From: an uncultured virus (IMG/VR IMGVR_UViG_3300047548_000908)
Taxonomy: Duplodnaviria; Heunggongvirae; Uroviricota; Caudoviricetes
Strand: one strand, 5' to 3'
IMG/VR virus record: IMGVR_UViG_3300047548_000908
Location: 62,001-126,000 of that record
Length of the DNA: 64,000 bases
Positions 1 through 8,820 of this stretch are shown here, piece after piece (position 1 is the stretch's first letter; every line of letters starts with the position of its first letter). The notes beneath the pieces are model-generated. The model saw only the letters and a list, made by a program, of their open reading frames with translations. It had not been told where the DNA came from and did not search any database. The position numbers were made by a program, and so were the translations under genes.

Positions 1-599
1 GATGAGCATATCTCGTTTACATGTACATAATCTCGGATGCAAGTGCCATCTTTGGTATTATAGTCAGTGCCATAGATAGTAAACTTACCAGTATCTTTAG
101 ATTCTAGTAGCTTGTAGAAAAGACCATCCGGGTTAGTAGGAGGATATCCATCACTCCCTATTACGTTGTAGAATCTAAAGATGGTAAAGTCAACGTCTTT
201 GATTTTTTTGTTGAAGTCCTGTACTAACCCTTCTGCTATCTGTTTAGTTTTTCCGTAAATACCCGGTGATCCTTCAGCAGCACCAGTCGATGCAAAAACA
301 AAGTTTTTAGTTCGGATACTTCCTAGAACATTGGAAGTTCCTGAGACATTGGTTAAGAAGTAATCTAATGGTCTAGTCTCTGCTTCACCTACTCGTACCA
401 ATGCTGCTAGATGTACAACACAATCGTATTCATGTTGTACATCTAATCTACTTGTGATATCACTAAGATAGAAGGTTCTTACCGAAACATTAGGCATCTT
501 TCTGTCCATCCCATCTACATGATAGCCATGTTTTATTAACATATCACATAGATGAGACCCTATGTACCCTGAACAACCTGTAACTAATACTCTTTTCAT
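1..599 (-). CDS. NAD-dependent epimerase/dehydratase (extended SDR, GalE-like), 3' end outside the window
   Basis: Not in the ORF track. Manual translation from ATG at 599 gives MKRVLVTGCSGYIGSHL (TGxxGxIG), VHLAA, FASTG, YGKTK (YxxxK) and FRFYNV. Confidence 0.85.
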   Translation of the reverse strand, partial: MKRVLVTGCSGYIGSHLCDMLIKHGYHVDGMDRKMPNVSVRTFYLSDITSRLDVQHEYDCVVHLAALVRVGEAETRPLDYFLTNVSGTSNVLGSIRTKNFVFASTGAAEGSPGIYGKTKQIAEGLVQDFNKKIKDVDFTIFRFYNVIGSDGYPPTNPDGLFYKLLESKDTGKFTIYGTDYNTKDGTCIRDYVHVNEICS

Positions 600-1930
600 T
601 CGAATAGATCGTCAATCAAATTTTCTTTCGGGGTGAAAGACGGGTCTTTGCTTAGGTAAGAGTTGTTATCAGTATAGATGACATTGAACTTATGTTTGTT
701 CCCCAATACAGACTTTACATCATCAATACATATTAGTTTTCGATTCAATGACTCGATGTATTCATCATATCTTACTTCATGTAAAGAACAAATTTTGGCT
801 GTGTTTCCGTTAGACTGCCTAGATTTAAATTCGTTGAAGCAAGTATTCCATTTGTGAAAGACGCCTTCTTCTTTCTTTTTTACATGCTCTAGATGTCCCA
901 TAGCATACCAGGATTCGGCTGTAGGGAATCTTTCATATGCCCCTTTTATGTCTTCAGCCATATCCTTCTTGTCAGTCTCAAAGAAGAATTCACTATTAAA
1001 GTTCTTAGTCCATCTTTGGTTTGCCAAAACAAATGTAGGTAATTGAGTGATCTGTTCATAAAAGGCAATACCATAACTCTCCACTGTACTTGGATTGAAA
1101 GCAACTCTACAGCTAGTAATAAAATCTACCTTTTCTTTGCCGATAATGCCTGTTGCAATCTTATAATCTGCACTTATCTTCTTCAACCGTTCTTCGAATT
1201 TCTTTGCACCGTTCGCGTTAGTCATCACACGGGCAGGTAATCCAGTTTGTTCAATAAGAGTTAGGTATGTTTCTGGACCTTTTCCCTCTTCCCATCGACC
1301 GATAAAGAGTACCCCCTCACGAGGCTTAATATGTTTTTCTAGCAACCCAAGTTCAGTAAATGGAATCGGAAGTTCGTATGCTGCGTCAAATTGCAATTCA
1401 TTAAATTTACTTTGAGTTCCGATATAGATGCCACTGATTTCAAGTTGTTTACGCATCATTTCGTTTACCCTTGGTAAGAAGGGATTCTTAGAGTCTTTGA
1501 ATATCTGACTCTCTAAATGGGTATAGGCAATAATTTGAATATAGTCATCTAATCCTAATGTCTCTGCGACCTGAACAGTCTCGTAAGTATTGCACACGAA
1601 AATGTCATACAGGTTATGAGATAGTGCTTTAATAATGGAGTTTCTAAAGTTAACCATTCTTTCATAACAGAAACTATCACCAAACATAAAGATAGCACTG
1701 TGATCAGAGTACGGCAAAGACTGATTAGGATAGATAATGTTCACTCCTTGCTCCTTCAAGTAGGAGATGAACTCTGAATTTGCAGGAGCTTTATCAGTAA
1801 TGATGTCCACTTTAACGTTGTGTAAGGACATCAATTCTATAAAACTTTTTGTAAATTGCCCGATGCCTCCGTGTGGAATAAGAGTCTGGTAACTTACTAA
1901 AAATCCAATTCGTTTATCGTATGTTCTCAT
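596..1930 (-). CDS. GT-B fold glycosyltransferase (GT4-like)
   Basis: PHGGIGQF N-terminal loop, LFIGRWEEGKG, PSTVESYGIAFYE (ExxGxxxxE). Confidence 0.8.
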   Translation of the reverse strand: MRTYDKRIGFLVSYQTLIPHGGIGQFTKSFIELMSLHNVKVDIITDKAPANSEFISYLKEQGVNIIYPNQSLPYSDHSAIFMFGDSFCYERMVNFRNSIIKALSHNLYDIFVCNTYETVQVAETLGLDDYIQIIAYTHLESQIFKDSKNPFLPRVNEMMRKQLEISGIYIGTQSKFNELQFDAAYELPIPFTELGLLEKHIKPREGVLFIGRWEEGKGPETYLTLIEQTGLPARVMTNANGAKKFEERLKKISADYKIATGIIGKEKVDFITSCRVAFNPSTVESYGIAFYEQITQLPTFVLANQRWTKNFNSEFFFETDKKDMAEDIKGAYERFPTAESWYAMGHLEHVKKKEEGVFHKWNTCFNEFKSRQSNGNTAKICSLHEVRYDEYIESLNRKLICIDDVKSVLGNKHKFNVIYTDNNSYLSKDPSFTPKENLIDDLFE

Positions 1931-2055
1931 TGTTTTGTGTCATCTTTCTTATTAATTCGACGTTTAATTGCGCCCCAAATGGGGCACCAAATGAAGCCAG
2001 AAACAAACCCAAATGCAAAAATGTTAAGCATGTCGAGTATAGAATTATAATCCAT
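1927..2055 (-). CDS. small hypothetical membrane protein (42 aa)
   Basis: Manual translation MDYNSILDMLNIFAFGFVSGFIWCPIWGAIKRRINKKDDTKQ; overlaps both neighbours at start/stop codons and fills the gap. Confidence 0.6.
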   Translation of the reverse strand: MDYNSILDMLNIFAFGFVSGFIWCPIWGAIKRRINKKDDTKQ

Positions 2056-2927
2056 CAAGTACCCCATTCATTCTTAAAAAGCGGCACTTGAAGTCTATCA
2101 CTATAACGTAATCCATGCTTCATTGCAAGCTCCGCCACTCGGCGATTATTTAATGAGTAAACAGTTTCCACGCCACCCACAGGCATAAGATATACAGGCC
2201 CACGAAAGCCGACATTACGATAAAGAAGGGTAGCTTCAAGAGCCTCATTGGCATCGTCTTCGGTAGCGACCACAAACTTGAGATAAGTGTATCCAATTTC
2301 TTCATATTCTAAAACAACCTCAGGTTTAATTGCGTCCTCCCTCGTTTCGCCACTACAACTTAGCTTAGGGCTAACACTAAATGTAATCTCCCCTCCATTA
2401 CCATTCGGAAATCTTTCTTGATTCCAAGACTTTAAATACTCTTTAAACTCTGTTGTGAGTCGTTGAGTGCCATTAGTTTCGAACGTTAGTTCTTTTAATG
2501 AACGCATCTTAGGATGCTTTAGTAGTTCAGGATATGCTCTCTGCCACCCTAGTAGTGGCTCACCACCTGTAATAACAAGATGCTCATCTTGCCATTCCTT
2601 ATTGGGCAATAGTCCTATGATAGACTCTGCGATGTCATCGGTGTCATATGAATCTGACAAATGTTTAAACGAAGGATGCCAGCTAGCATAGCTGTCACAT
2701 CCAGTAGATACTAGCGGTAGCTCATGGTAGAACTTGAATTCATGAATGCGTTCTGCTACCTTGTCTGCCTCAGTTGACTTCTTTCCCTTAGGCATGCCAA
2801 ATCCAGCACACTTGAAGTTGCATCCAAACGTTCGTAAGAACACGGATGGCACGCCCATAAAACGACCTTCTCCTTGAATCGAATAAAACAGTTCAGCTAC
2901 TTTTATTTTTGCCATTGATTTTTCCAT
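2055..2927 (-). CDS. queE: 7-carboxy-7-deazaguanine synthase, radical SAM
   Basis: ELFYSIQGEG, FLRTFGCNFKC...CDS, VITGGEPLL, ETNGT, SVSPK. Confidence 0.92.
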   Translation of the reverse strand: MEKSMAKIKVAELFYSIQGEGRFMGVPSVFLRTFGCNFKCAGFGMPKGKKSTEADKVAERIHEFKFYHELPLVSTGCDSYASWHPSFKHLSDSYDTDDIAESIIGLLPNKEWQDEHLVITGGEPLLGWQRAYPELLKHPKMRSLKELTFETNGTQRLTTEFKEYLKSWNQERFPNGNGGEITFSVSPKLSCSGETREDAIKPEVVLEYEEIGYTYLKFVVATEDDANEALEATLLYRNVGFRGPVYLMPVGGVETVYSLNNRRVAELAMKHGLRYSDRLQVPLFKNEWGT

Positions 2928-3430
2928 TAATTAAAAAGGTCTTCGTTCCATTCTCGATGACCTTCTCTGAACGCCATGTTGCTTTGAGTTTCACGAACTT
3001 CTACACGGTAGCACCAAAGGCGCTCTGCTTCGCCCGGGCCCCAGTATTGAGGAATGTAAACTCCGTTGACAAATTTGTATAACATATCAGCGAGTCCTTC
3101 GCAGCCTAGTCGAGGCAAGATGGTTAGCTTAGCCAATTTCTTGACCTGAAGATGCTTGAATAGCTCAAGCTCGGGATCATCTTCAGCCACTAGCAATGTG
3201 TGATCGAACTGATCCTCAAGTATTTTCTTTAGTTCTTTCAGTCCACCATAATCGGCGGCCCAATTGCGAACGTCTAGATCGTTAGTTCCAAAGTAAAACT
3301 TCATGCTGAAACTGTAACCATGGATCAAATTACAATGACTGTCTGCTCTCCATTGGCGATAAGCACAGGGAAATGCATCGTGATATTCCTTTGTGCTTGT
3401 AAATTTATATGTGGTTGGTTGATGTTGCAT
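2927..3430 (-). CDS. queD: 6-carboxy-5,6,7,8-tetrahydropterin synthase
   Basis: HCNLIHGYS, FDHTLL, VEVRET; start moved to ATG 3430 behind a purine-rich RBS. Confidence 0.88.
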   Translation of the reverse strand: MQHQPTTYKFTSTKEYHDAFPCAYRQWRADSHCNLIHGYSFSMKFYFGTNDLDVRNWAADYGGLKELKKILEDQFDHTLLVAEDDPELELFKHLQVKKLAKLTILPRLGCEGLADMLYKFVNGVYIPQYWGPGEAERLWCYRVEVRETQSNMAFREGHREWNEDLFN

Positions 3431-3569
3431 CCTTCTTCTCCTCAAGAATCTTTGCTAGTTTATCAGCACTAGAACGAATAGCATAGGTCAAAACTACGTC
3501 ACCTATTTCTTTTTCAACTAGTGCTGATATTCTATAAAGTTCCTCTATCTCTTTTTCAGATAGAGTCAC
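3405..3569 (-). CDS. small hypothetical protein (54 aa)
   Basis: Manual translation from a GTG overlapping the folE stop: MTLSEKEIEELYRISALVEKEIGDVVLTYAIRSSADKLAKILEEKKDATSTNHI. Confidence 0.6.
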   Translation of the reverse strand: MTLSEKEIEELYRISALVEKEIGDVVLTYAIRSSADKLAKILEEKKDATSTNHI

Positions 3570-4246
3570 TTTTTCATTCTCGCAATACTAAGGAACTCGT
3601 TTCTAGCAGCAGGATCGGTCTTAAAACCTCCGCCCAGTCTAACGGTTACTGTAGAGCTACCAGTATCTTCAACACCCCTGCTCTTAACACAATAATGTTG
3701 TGCATCGATCATTACTGCAACATCTTCGGTTTCAAGAATAAAACTGAGAGCATGGAAGATTTGCTCAGTAAGTCGTTCTTGAACTTGTGGACGTTTGCTA
3801 AAGTATTCTACAATACGGTTGATCTTGCTTAGACCAAGCACTTTGTTCTTAGGAACATACGCAACTGTAGCAAGACCATCGATAACGACAAAGTGATGTT
3901 CACAGTTACTTTGAACGTTTACGTTTCGTTCTACGATCATCTCATTGTACGCCATCTTGTTTTCGATAGTAGTACACTTAGGAAATGCATCATAGTCTAG
4001 ACCGTAGAAAATCTCATTGACGTACATCTTTGCAACTCGTTTAGGAGTTTCTGCTAGTGAATCGTCATTAAGGTCTAGACCAAGAGTTTCCATGATTTGA
4101 CGAAATTGGTGCTCTAAGACTTCAATCTTAGATTTGCGATCTAGCCAATTTGTTTTAATAGTTGGGGTTTCTACACCCTTTTGAACTAGATACTCATGTA
4201 CCTTTTGACCCAATTCGGGATCAACTTTATTTTTATTAAATGACAA
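3566..4246 (-). CDS. folE: GTP cyclohydrolase I
   Basis: ETPKRVAKMY, SNCEHHF, LGLSKINRIV, RPQVQERLT, HYCVKSRGV; TTG start. Confidence 0.95.
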   Translation of the reverse strand: MSFNKNKVDPELGQKVHEYLVQKGVETPTIKTNWLDRKSKIEVLEHQFRQIMETLGLDLNDDSLAETPKRVAKMYVNEIFYGLDYDAFPKCTTIENKMAYNEMIVERNVNVQSNCEHHFVVIDGLATVAYVPKNKVLGLSKINRIVEYFSKRPQVQERLTEQIFHALSFILETEDVAVMIDAQHYCVKSRGVEDTGSSTVTVRLGGGFKTDPAARNEFLSIARMKK

Positions 4247-4247
4247 T

Positions 4248-4904
4248 TTATATTTCCTTTTTAAGTTTTAGAGAACCTCTTCCCATATTATATCCCCTGG
4301 CGAGGTAGGATTCAATATCGTCTGGATCAACAAATGCACAGTTAAGACCATTGTTCATCCATTTTTTCTTTTTGAGCGAGGCCGACATTTTTAGTATCTC
4401 TTGTTCGGATTTTTTCTTGCCGTACCTTGGATGTTCTTTTCCTTTAAACGGAGCCTTACCTTTCTTCCCTTTAGAGATATTTTCAGCATGTTCTTTTGTC
4501 TTAGGTATACCTTTAGTCACAGTAGCATGTTTATTACCTTTTAATTTTTCTCCAAACCCAACAGGTTTGGGTTTTCTCATCTTTTCTTTAGTTTCTTCGC
4601 TATGAGCAAACATGGAAGATCCGGGGATATTTCGGTTAATAAAATCTGCTCTCTTAATAACTTTCATTCTCCTAAGTACCCTTTTTTCCCATTCGATTGC
4701 ATGTTTAATATCCGTAAAAGTCTTACGAACTTCAAAAAGAAATGCATCTTTTCCATCTTGCTCTATTAACTTCTTTACATCATACGATGAAGTGAAATAT
4801 GTTGTCCAGAGGTCCGACGGATTACATTTTTTAGCATACCTTAGACCATAGTAAACTTTACCAGTCGGTATGTGTTTTATTAGATAAGTGAATGGTTGAT
4901 GCAT
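4248..4904 (-). mobile_element. free-standing GIY-YIG-like homing endonuclease with NUMOD3-like repeats
   Basis: FTYLIKH..TGKVYYG.R N-terminus; HSEETKEKM, KTKEHAENIS and KSEQEILKMS basic repeats; own TAAATA promoter at 4922-4927. Confidence 0.8.
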
Positions 4905-4956
4905 AATATACTCCTTTGAAGTATTTATGCCAAGACTTTGTTTTGTTATATGCCAT
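4858..4956 (-). pseudogene. orphaned original 5' end of folE (MAYNKTK...)
   Basis: RBS AAGGAAGGA plus ATG GCA TAT AAC AAA ACA AAG resembles the present folE start MSFNKNK; frame closes after 32 codons. Confidence 0.6.
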
Positions 4957-4988
4957 AATAGAATCCTTCCTTACACGGATTAAAAGTA

Positions 4989-5028
4989 AAATAAGATTGT
5001 GACGCCGTTGTGCTTCACAATCTTATTT
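4989..5028 (-). promoter_or_regulatory. 14-bp perfect inverted repeat overlapping a TAAATA promoter, followed by a T-rich tract on the minus strand
   Basis: aaataagattgtga (4989-5002) / tcacaatcttattt (5015-5028), 12-nt loop. Confidence 0.7.
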
Positions 5029-5048
5029 ATCATTACGTCAAGTTAGTA

Positions 5049-6224
5049 TTAAAATTTACTTTCTCTAGTGTGCTTTCGGTAGTCTGTACTCATACGAAGA
5101 TACTGTTCACCTTTTCCTTCTAGGATATCACAGATCCGATCAATAGTCCCATCATTGTAATCGCTAATGCGACCCACGCTAGGATGTGGACGTTCCAAAA
5201 GTCTTTTAAGTTTATCAATCGCATCTTCGATGCTCCAAGGAATATAAAGTCGTTCTTTATCATTTGCAAATGTCTCCGGAAAACTACGATATGCAGGGAA
5301 TAGAACATTGCACCCCAGTGCATCAGCTTCGCTTACAGTGTTACTAACCCAATCTTGTAATGCAGTATTTAACATTACTCGACTGTCAGCTAGAATTTCG
5401 TAGTATTCGTTCTTAGAAAGATTTTCTAGGATGTGAAGTTTACCTTCATTCCTAAGTCGTTCAGTTCGCTGAATGTAACTATCGTTATTTGTTTTGAGCT
5501 TACCTCCGCTCAGAACATAGAACTTTGCACCAGAACCAGGATAGCGATTAAACCATTCTTCAATGATATCCATATAGAAGTCTGGTTGTTTCTCTTGATC
5601 CCATCGACTTCCAAATACTACTCGGAAGCTACGATCTTGAAAGGGCACAATGTTTTTAACTCTAGACTGAACTTCTTTCTTACCAAATGCAAGACCACTG
5701 ATATTATAGATAGGTGCTTCCCATCCAGCAATCTTCATATGAGCTACCATTTCTTCATTAGTAGCAAGCACACCATCTACAAACTCGTTCACCATCTTTT
5801 CGTAGTGGCCCATCCACTTGCTCATGCCCCAAACATGAACAAAGTCATCAGGGTCGATTGTCTGTGCTAGACAACGAACGAAGATTTTCGGACGATGAGC
5901 AGGGTCAACTTGATTGAGAATGTAAGGTAGACTTTCAATGCCAGGCGTGAACATATCTTCAAAGAAGACCACATCCTCACTAGTTACTTCTCCTTCTTGC
6001 ATACTCTTGACTAGAGCAGCCATTTGAGTCATAGAGAAATAAGTACGACCATGTGCATCCAGTACTTGTCCAGTGACGATAGTATTACCATCACCGATCG
6101 TGTGACCAGGGACGATTACATAATCAATGCCTCTACGGTTAAACACTTCTCGATTCCACTCTTGTAGCTGATAAGTGTATCGAGCTTGATAGGGCTCAAG
6201 ACCCATGTACCATAGTTTACGCAT
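5049..6224 (-). CDS. GT-B fold glycosyltransferase
   Basis: VVFGSRWDQEKQP, LSKNEYYEIL, ALQDWVSNTVSEA, PAYRSFPE; start moved to MRKLWY at 6224. Confidence 0.8.
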   Translation of the reverse strand: MRKLWYMGLEPYQARYTYQLQEWNREVFNRRGIDYVIVPGHTIGDGNTIVTGQVLDAHGRTYFSMTQMAALVKSMQEGEVTSEDVVFFEDMFTPGIESLPYILNQVDPAHRPKIFVRCLAQTIDPDDFVHVWGMSKWMGHYEKMVNEFVDGVLATNEEMVAHMKIAGWEAPIYNISGLAFGKKEVQSRVKNIVPFQDRSFRVVFGSRWDQEKQPDFYMDIIEEWFNRYPGSGAKFYVLSGGKLKTNNDSYIQRTERLRNEGKLHILENLSKNEYYEILADSRVMLNTALQDWVSNTVSEADALGCNVLFPAYRSFPETFANDKERLYIPWSIEDAIDKLKRLLERPHPSVGRISDYNDGTIDRICDILEGKGEQYLRMSTDYRKHTRESKF

Positions 6225-6225
6225 T

Positions 6226-6432
6226 TTAGTCAATCTGATCTTCAAGCCAAAAGTCTTTTGCGTTTTTGCCTGCAAGTTGCTTGATATGCTGCCTATAGGC
6301 AAAACTCTTGTTGTCATATAGGGTAGCTTCATCAAACACATACCCGTATTCTACGCAAAAATCGCGGTATTTTTCTAGGTCGTCAAAAATTTGATGTACG
6401 CGAGCATTCGGTTGAAAGTTATATTTTGCCAT
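6226..6432 (-). CDS. hypothetical protein
   Basis: 68-aa ORF with RBS, in operon. Confidence 0.7.
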   Translation of the reverse strand: MAKYNFQPNARVHQIFDDLEKYRDFCVEYGYVFDEATLYDNKSFAYRQHIKQLAGKNAKDFWLEDQID

Positions 6433-6452
6433 GTTAGTTTCCTGATTATGTT

Positions 6453-6878
6453 TTATAGAGTGTAGTAAATAGTTGAACCGTTTTCACCATCTTCTGATAC
6501 AGTGATTTCGATGTTTCGATTTGGATAGCGAGTAGCAATTTGATCATATAGATCATCACAGATCATTTCGCAACTTTTGTGATTCAGTTCCAAAGTATTG
6601 TTTTTGTAAAGGTTTTCCAACCAACGCTTGAATTGAATAAATTCAATATCTCGATCATTATGGAAAACATCGATCCCGACCTTAAAGTGAAAAATGTGAC
6701 GATGTGGTGTACCTAGAAATGATACGTCATATTCGTCACCTGTTGCCAGCGCAGGGTCAGTAGCTGCCGCAGGATACATGTGAATACCTTCTTTGCAAAA
6801 AGTAACCCAAATTGTTCGACGGGCGGTGCTTTGAATCGCCCATCGTTTTTCCTTCAATGCAATTTCTCGTTGATCCAT
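6453..6878 (-). CDS. QueD-like T-fold protein, probable DpdL-type CDG decarboxylase
   Basis: LGTPHRHIF (LxxxHRHxF), DIEFI, SCEM, VSEDGENG; second QueD-like gene in the cluster. Confidence 0.65.
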   Translation of the reverse strand: MDQREIALKEKRWAIQSTARRTIWVTFCKEGIHMYPAAATDPALATGDEYDVSFLGTPHRHIFHFKVGIDVFHNDRDIEFIQFKRWLENLYKNNTLELNHKSCEMICDDLYDQIATRYPNRNIEITVSEDGENGSTIYYTL

Positions 6879-7066
6879 TAGATAGCATCCAAAGAGTTAG
6901 TAAAGGTTTTTAGTTTTTCGATTTCATCTTTCATACGAAGACGTTGTTTTTTCATAGTGGCTAGTTCAGTTTCATCGAAGTTACCATTCCTTTCATAAGA
7001 ATCAATTTCTCGGTTAAGCATGTTGTGCGCTTCTGTCAAATGTTGAATTCGTTCTGTATACTTCAT
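6878..7066 (-). CDS. small coiled-coil protein, DUF465/YdcH-like
   Basis: HLTEAHNMLNREI...MKKQRLRMKDEI pattern. Confidence 0.6.
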   Translation of the reverse strand: MKYTERIQHLTEAHNMLNREIDSYERNGNFDETELATMKKQRLRMKDEIEKLKTFTNSLDAI

Positions 7067-8703
7067 TGTGTCTCCTTCAATGCTTTCATCATTTCGTCAT
7101 CACTATCTTGCATTTCTTCGTCAGTTGAGTTGTTATTATCTTCTACTTCAAATAATTGTTCAAACATATTGGTAAAATTAGTTTTTTTCTTGTTAGATTT
7201 AGCTTTCTTTACAGTGAATATCTCCTCGCCTCCTTCAAAATGCTCGATGTATGAAGAGGTAGAGTTTACAGTTTTTTCACCACTAATTCCCTGACTTCCA
7301 CTCTTAAACTGTTTCCAAAAGAATTTGTACTTCTTGATAATTTCTAATCGTTTTTGGTAATTATGTTCAGAAAATATTTCTTCTACCACGTTTGAGAATA
7401 ATACTGTATCATACTTAACATGCATAAGCATAGAAGGAATTGTCCCAGATTCATACTTGCGATTCGCTTCTTGTACTGCCCACATATGTTGATATACATT
7501 ATGACTTTGGATAAGCGTATAGCTTAAAGTATCCCAAGACGTTTTGGTTTCCTTGCCGTGATTTCCAATGAAACCCTGACCACGATAACAAAGGTCTTTT
7601 AGTACCATCCTATCAGTAACGGGACTGTCTACGAACTTCTTGTGTATCCCGTCTGCTAGTACTGCGTCACTAAACTTTCGGGTATCAGTAGCATATTTCT
7701 TATCCTCAGCAGTCTTTTCCATAGAGTAAGACCATTTTTTATTATGCTCGATACTCGTATTGAAATATGCAAGACCTTTTGCTGCGGAAAAGAATGGGCT
7801 TGCACAGTCAAAGCTGATAGTAAGATTTGGATTATGATACTTTCTTACAGCTTTCTGTACATCCGTAAACAATACTGCCCATTCAAGAATAGATGTTCCT
7901 AGACAATGAATCCAGTCATGTACTCCTGGCTGTAGTAGATCATCCTCTATAATAGTCACAAGCATAGTTAGAAACAGTTCGATATCAGTTTTAGTCTGCC
8001 CACCAAATGCCCATCCATTGAAATGTCTCTCTGGATAAACTTTTGGATCGCAGTACTTTTTCATCTCGCCATACCATTTCTTTGCGTCATTATGATTACG
8101 TCCCTGCAACACATTTAGAAACTTACAATTACCATTTCTGTTGTTAATGAAATATTCATTGTTGATATGTGTAGCTGCGATAGCATCGTCAATCGTTTTA
8201 ATACCGTGCGCTGACTTACCTGTTTTTGGATCAATTACGTCGTAAGTAGTTTGAGACTGAGAAGGAATGTCAAGACACATACCGTAATCGGCATTCGCTT
8301 CCATCCAATTCAAAACTTCCTTACGCTTTTTCATTGCTCTAGAACAATTTGGATTTTTCCAGTCGGCGGGCCACTGACACTTAAGAATTTGAAATCCGCC
8401 TGAATCGGCTAATATAAATGTTCCAGGCTCTCGATCTACAACTATACTTTCACTAGAATTAGTAGCGTAGCCGGTTAAGTCAGCATGTCCTGCACTATAC
8501 AACGCCCACTTATATGGAAATAGTGCCTTTTTGCTATTGAGAAAATTTAGCACTTCCAAATCTTGAATTTGTTGGGGTATCCGCAATTGGTCAAAGTAGT
8601 TTTCTCCTTTTCTTTGCTTACCCAATCCAGCGATATAGAAACTAGAAAGCGCTGGCAAAAAAAGGGCCCATTCTGGATTTTGTTGATTCGTTAAATTTGT
8701 CAT
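7063..8703 (-). CDS. TGT-fold transglycosylase, probable DNA-guanine transglycosylase (DpdA-like)
   Basis: ADSGGFQ, MCLDIP, NVLQG, GWAFGG, IHCLG, SFDCAS; clustered with folE, queD and queE. Confidence 0.82.
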   Translation of the reverse strand: MTNLTNQQNPEWALFLPALSSFYIAGLGKQRKGENYFDQLRIPQQIQDLEVLNFLNSKKALFPYKWALYSAGHADLTGYATNSSESIVVDREPGTFILADSGGFQILKCQWPADWKNPNCSRAMKKRKEVLNWMEANADYGMCLDIPSQSQTTYDVIDPKTGKSAHGIKTIDDAIAATHINNEYFINNRNGNCKFLNVLQGRNHNDAKKWYGEMKKYCDPKVYPERHFNGWAFGGQTKTDIELFLTMLVTIIEDDLLQPGVHDWIHCLGTSILEWAVLFTDVQKAVRKYHNPNLTISFDCASPFFSAAKGLAYFNTSIEHNKKWSYSMEKTAEDKKYATDTRKFSDAVLADGIHKKFVDSPVTDRMVLKDLCYRGQGFIGNHGKETKTSWDTLSYTLIQSHNVYQHMWAVQEANRKYESGTIPSMLMHVKYDTVLFSNVVEEIFSEHNYQKRLEIIKKYKFFWKQFKSGSQGISGEKTVNSTSSYIEHFEGGEEIFTVKKAKSNKKKTNFTNMFEQLFEVEDNNNSTDEEMQDSDDEMMKALKETQ

Positions 8704-8753
8704 ATATTGTATTATAAATGAGGTTGGATGATTTAAAAATTATTGCGGGAACA

Positions 8754-8820
8754 TAAATAGAAGTGTAGTTCGCGGGAGTGCGAATCCCCAACTACTCTAA
8801 CATTGATAAGGAATGTCAGC
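8754..8820 (+). promoter_or_regulatory. TAAATA promoter and structured 5' leader of homing endonuclease
   Basis: GTAGTT (8765-8770)/AACTAC (8790-8795) encloses GGGA/TCCC; second hairpin ACATT/AATGT (8800-8816) around the RBS. Confidence 0.6.

Noticed and set aside
4247..4935. Group I intron interrupting folE
   Set aside because: The endonuclease ORF fills nearly the whole insert, leaving no room for a ribozyme core, and folE has its own downstream RBS and start
4957..5030. Canonical preQ1 riboswitch upstream of folE
   Set aside because: Lacks the preQ1-I stem-loop consensus and A-rich tail; kept only as an unassigned candidate leader
7063..8703. tRNA-modifying Tgt for queuosine synthesis
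   Set aside because: No C-terminal CxCxxC zinc site, large insertions, and no queC, queF or queA in the window; a DNA-acting DpdA is more likely, though unproven
8765..8800. tRNA gene
   Set aside because: Only a T-arm-like hairpin; no acceptor, D or anticodon arms. No tRNA was recognised anywhere in the window
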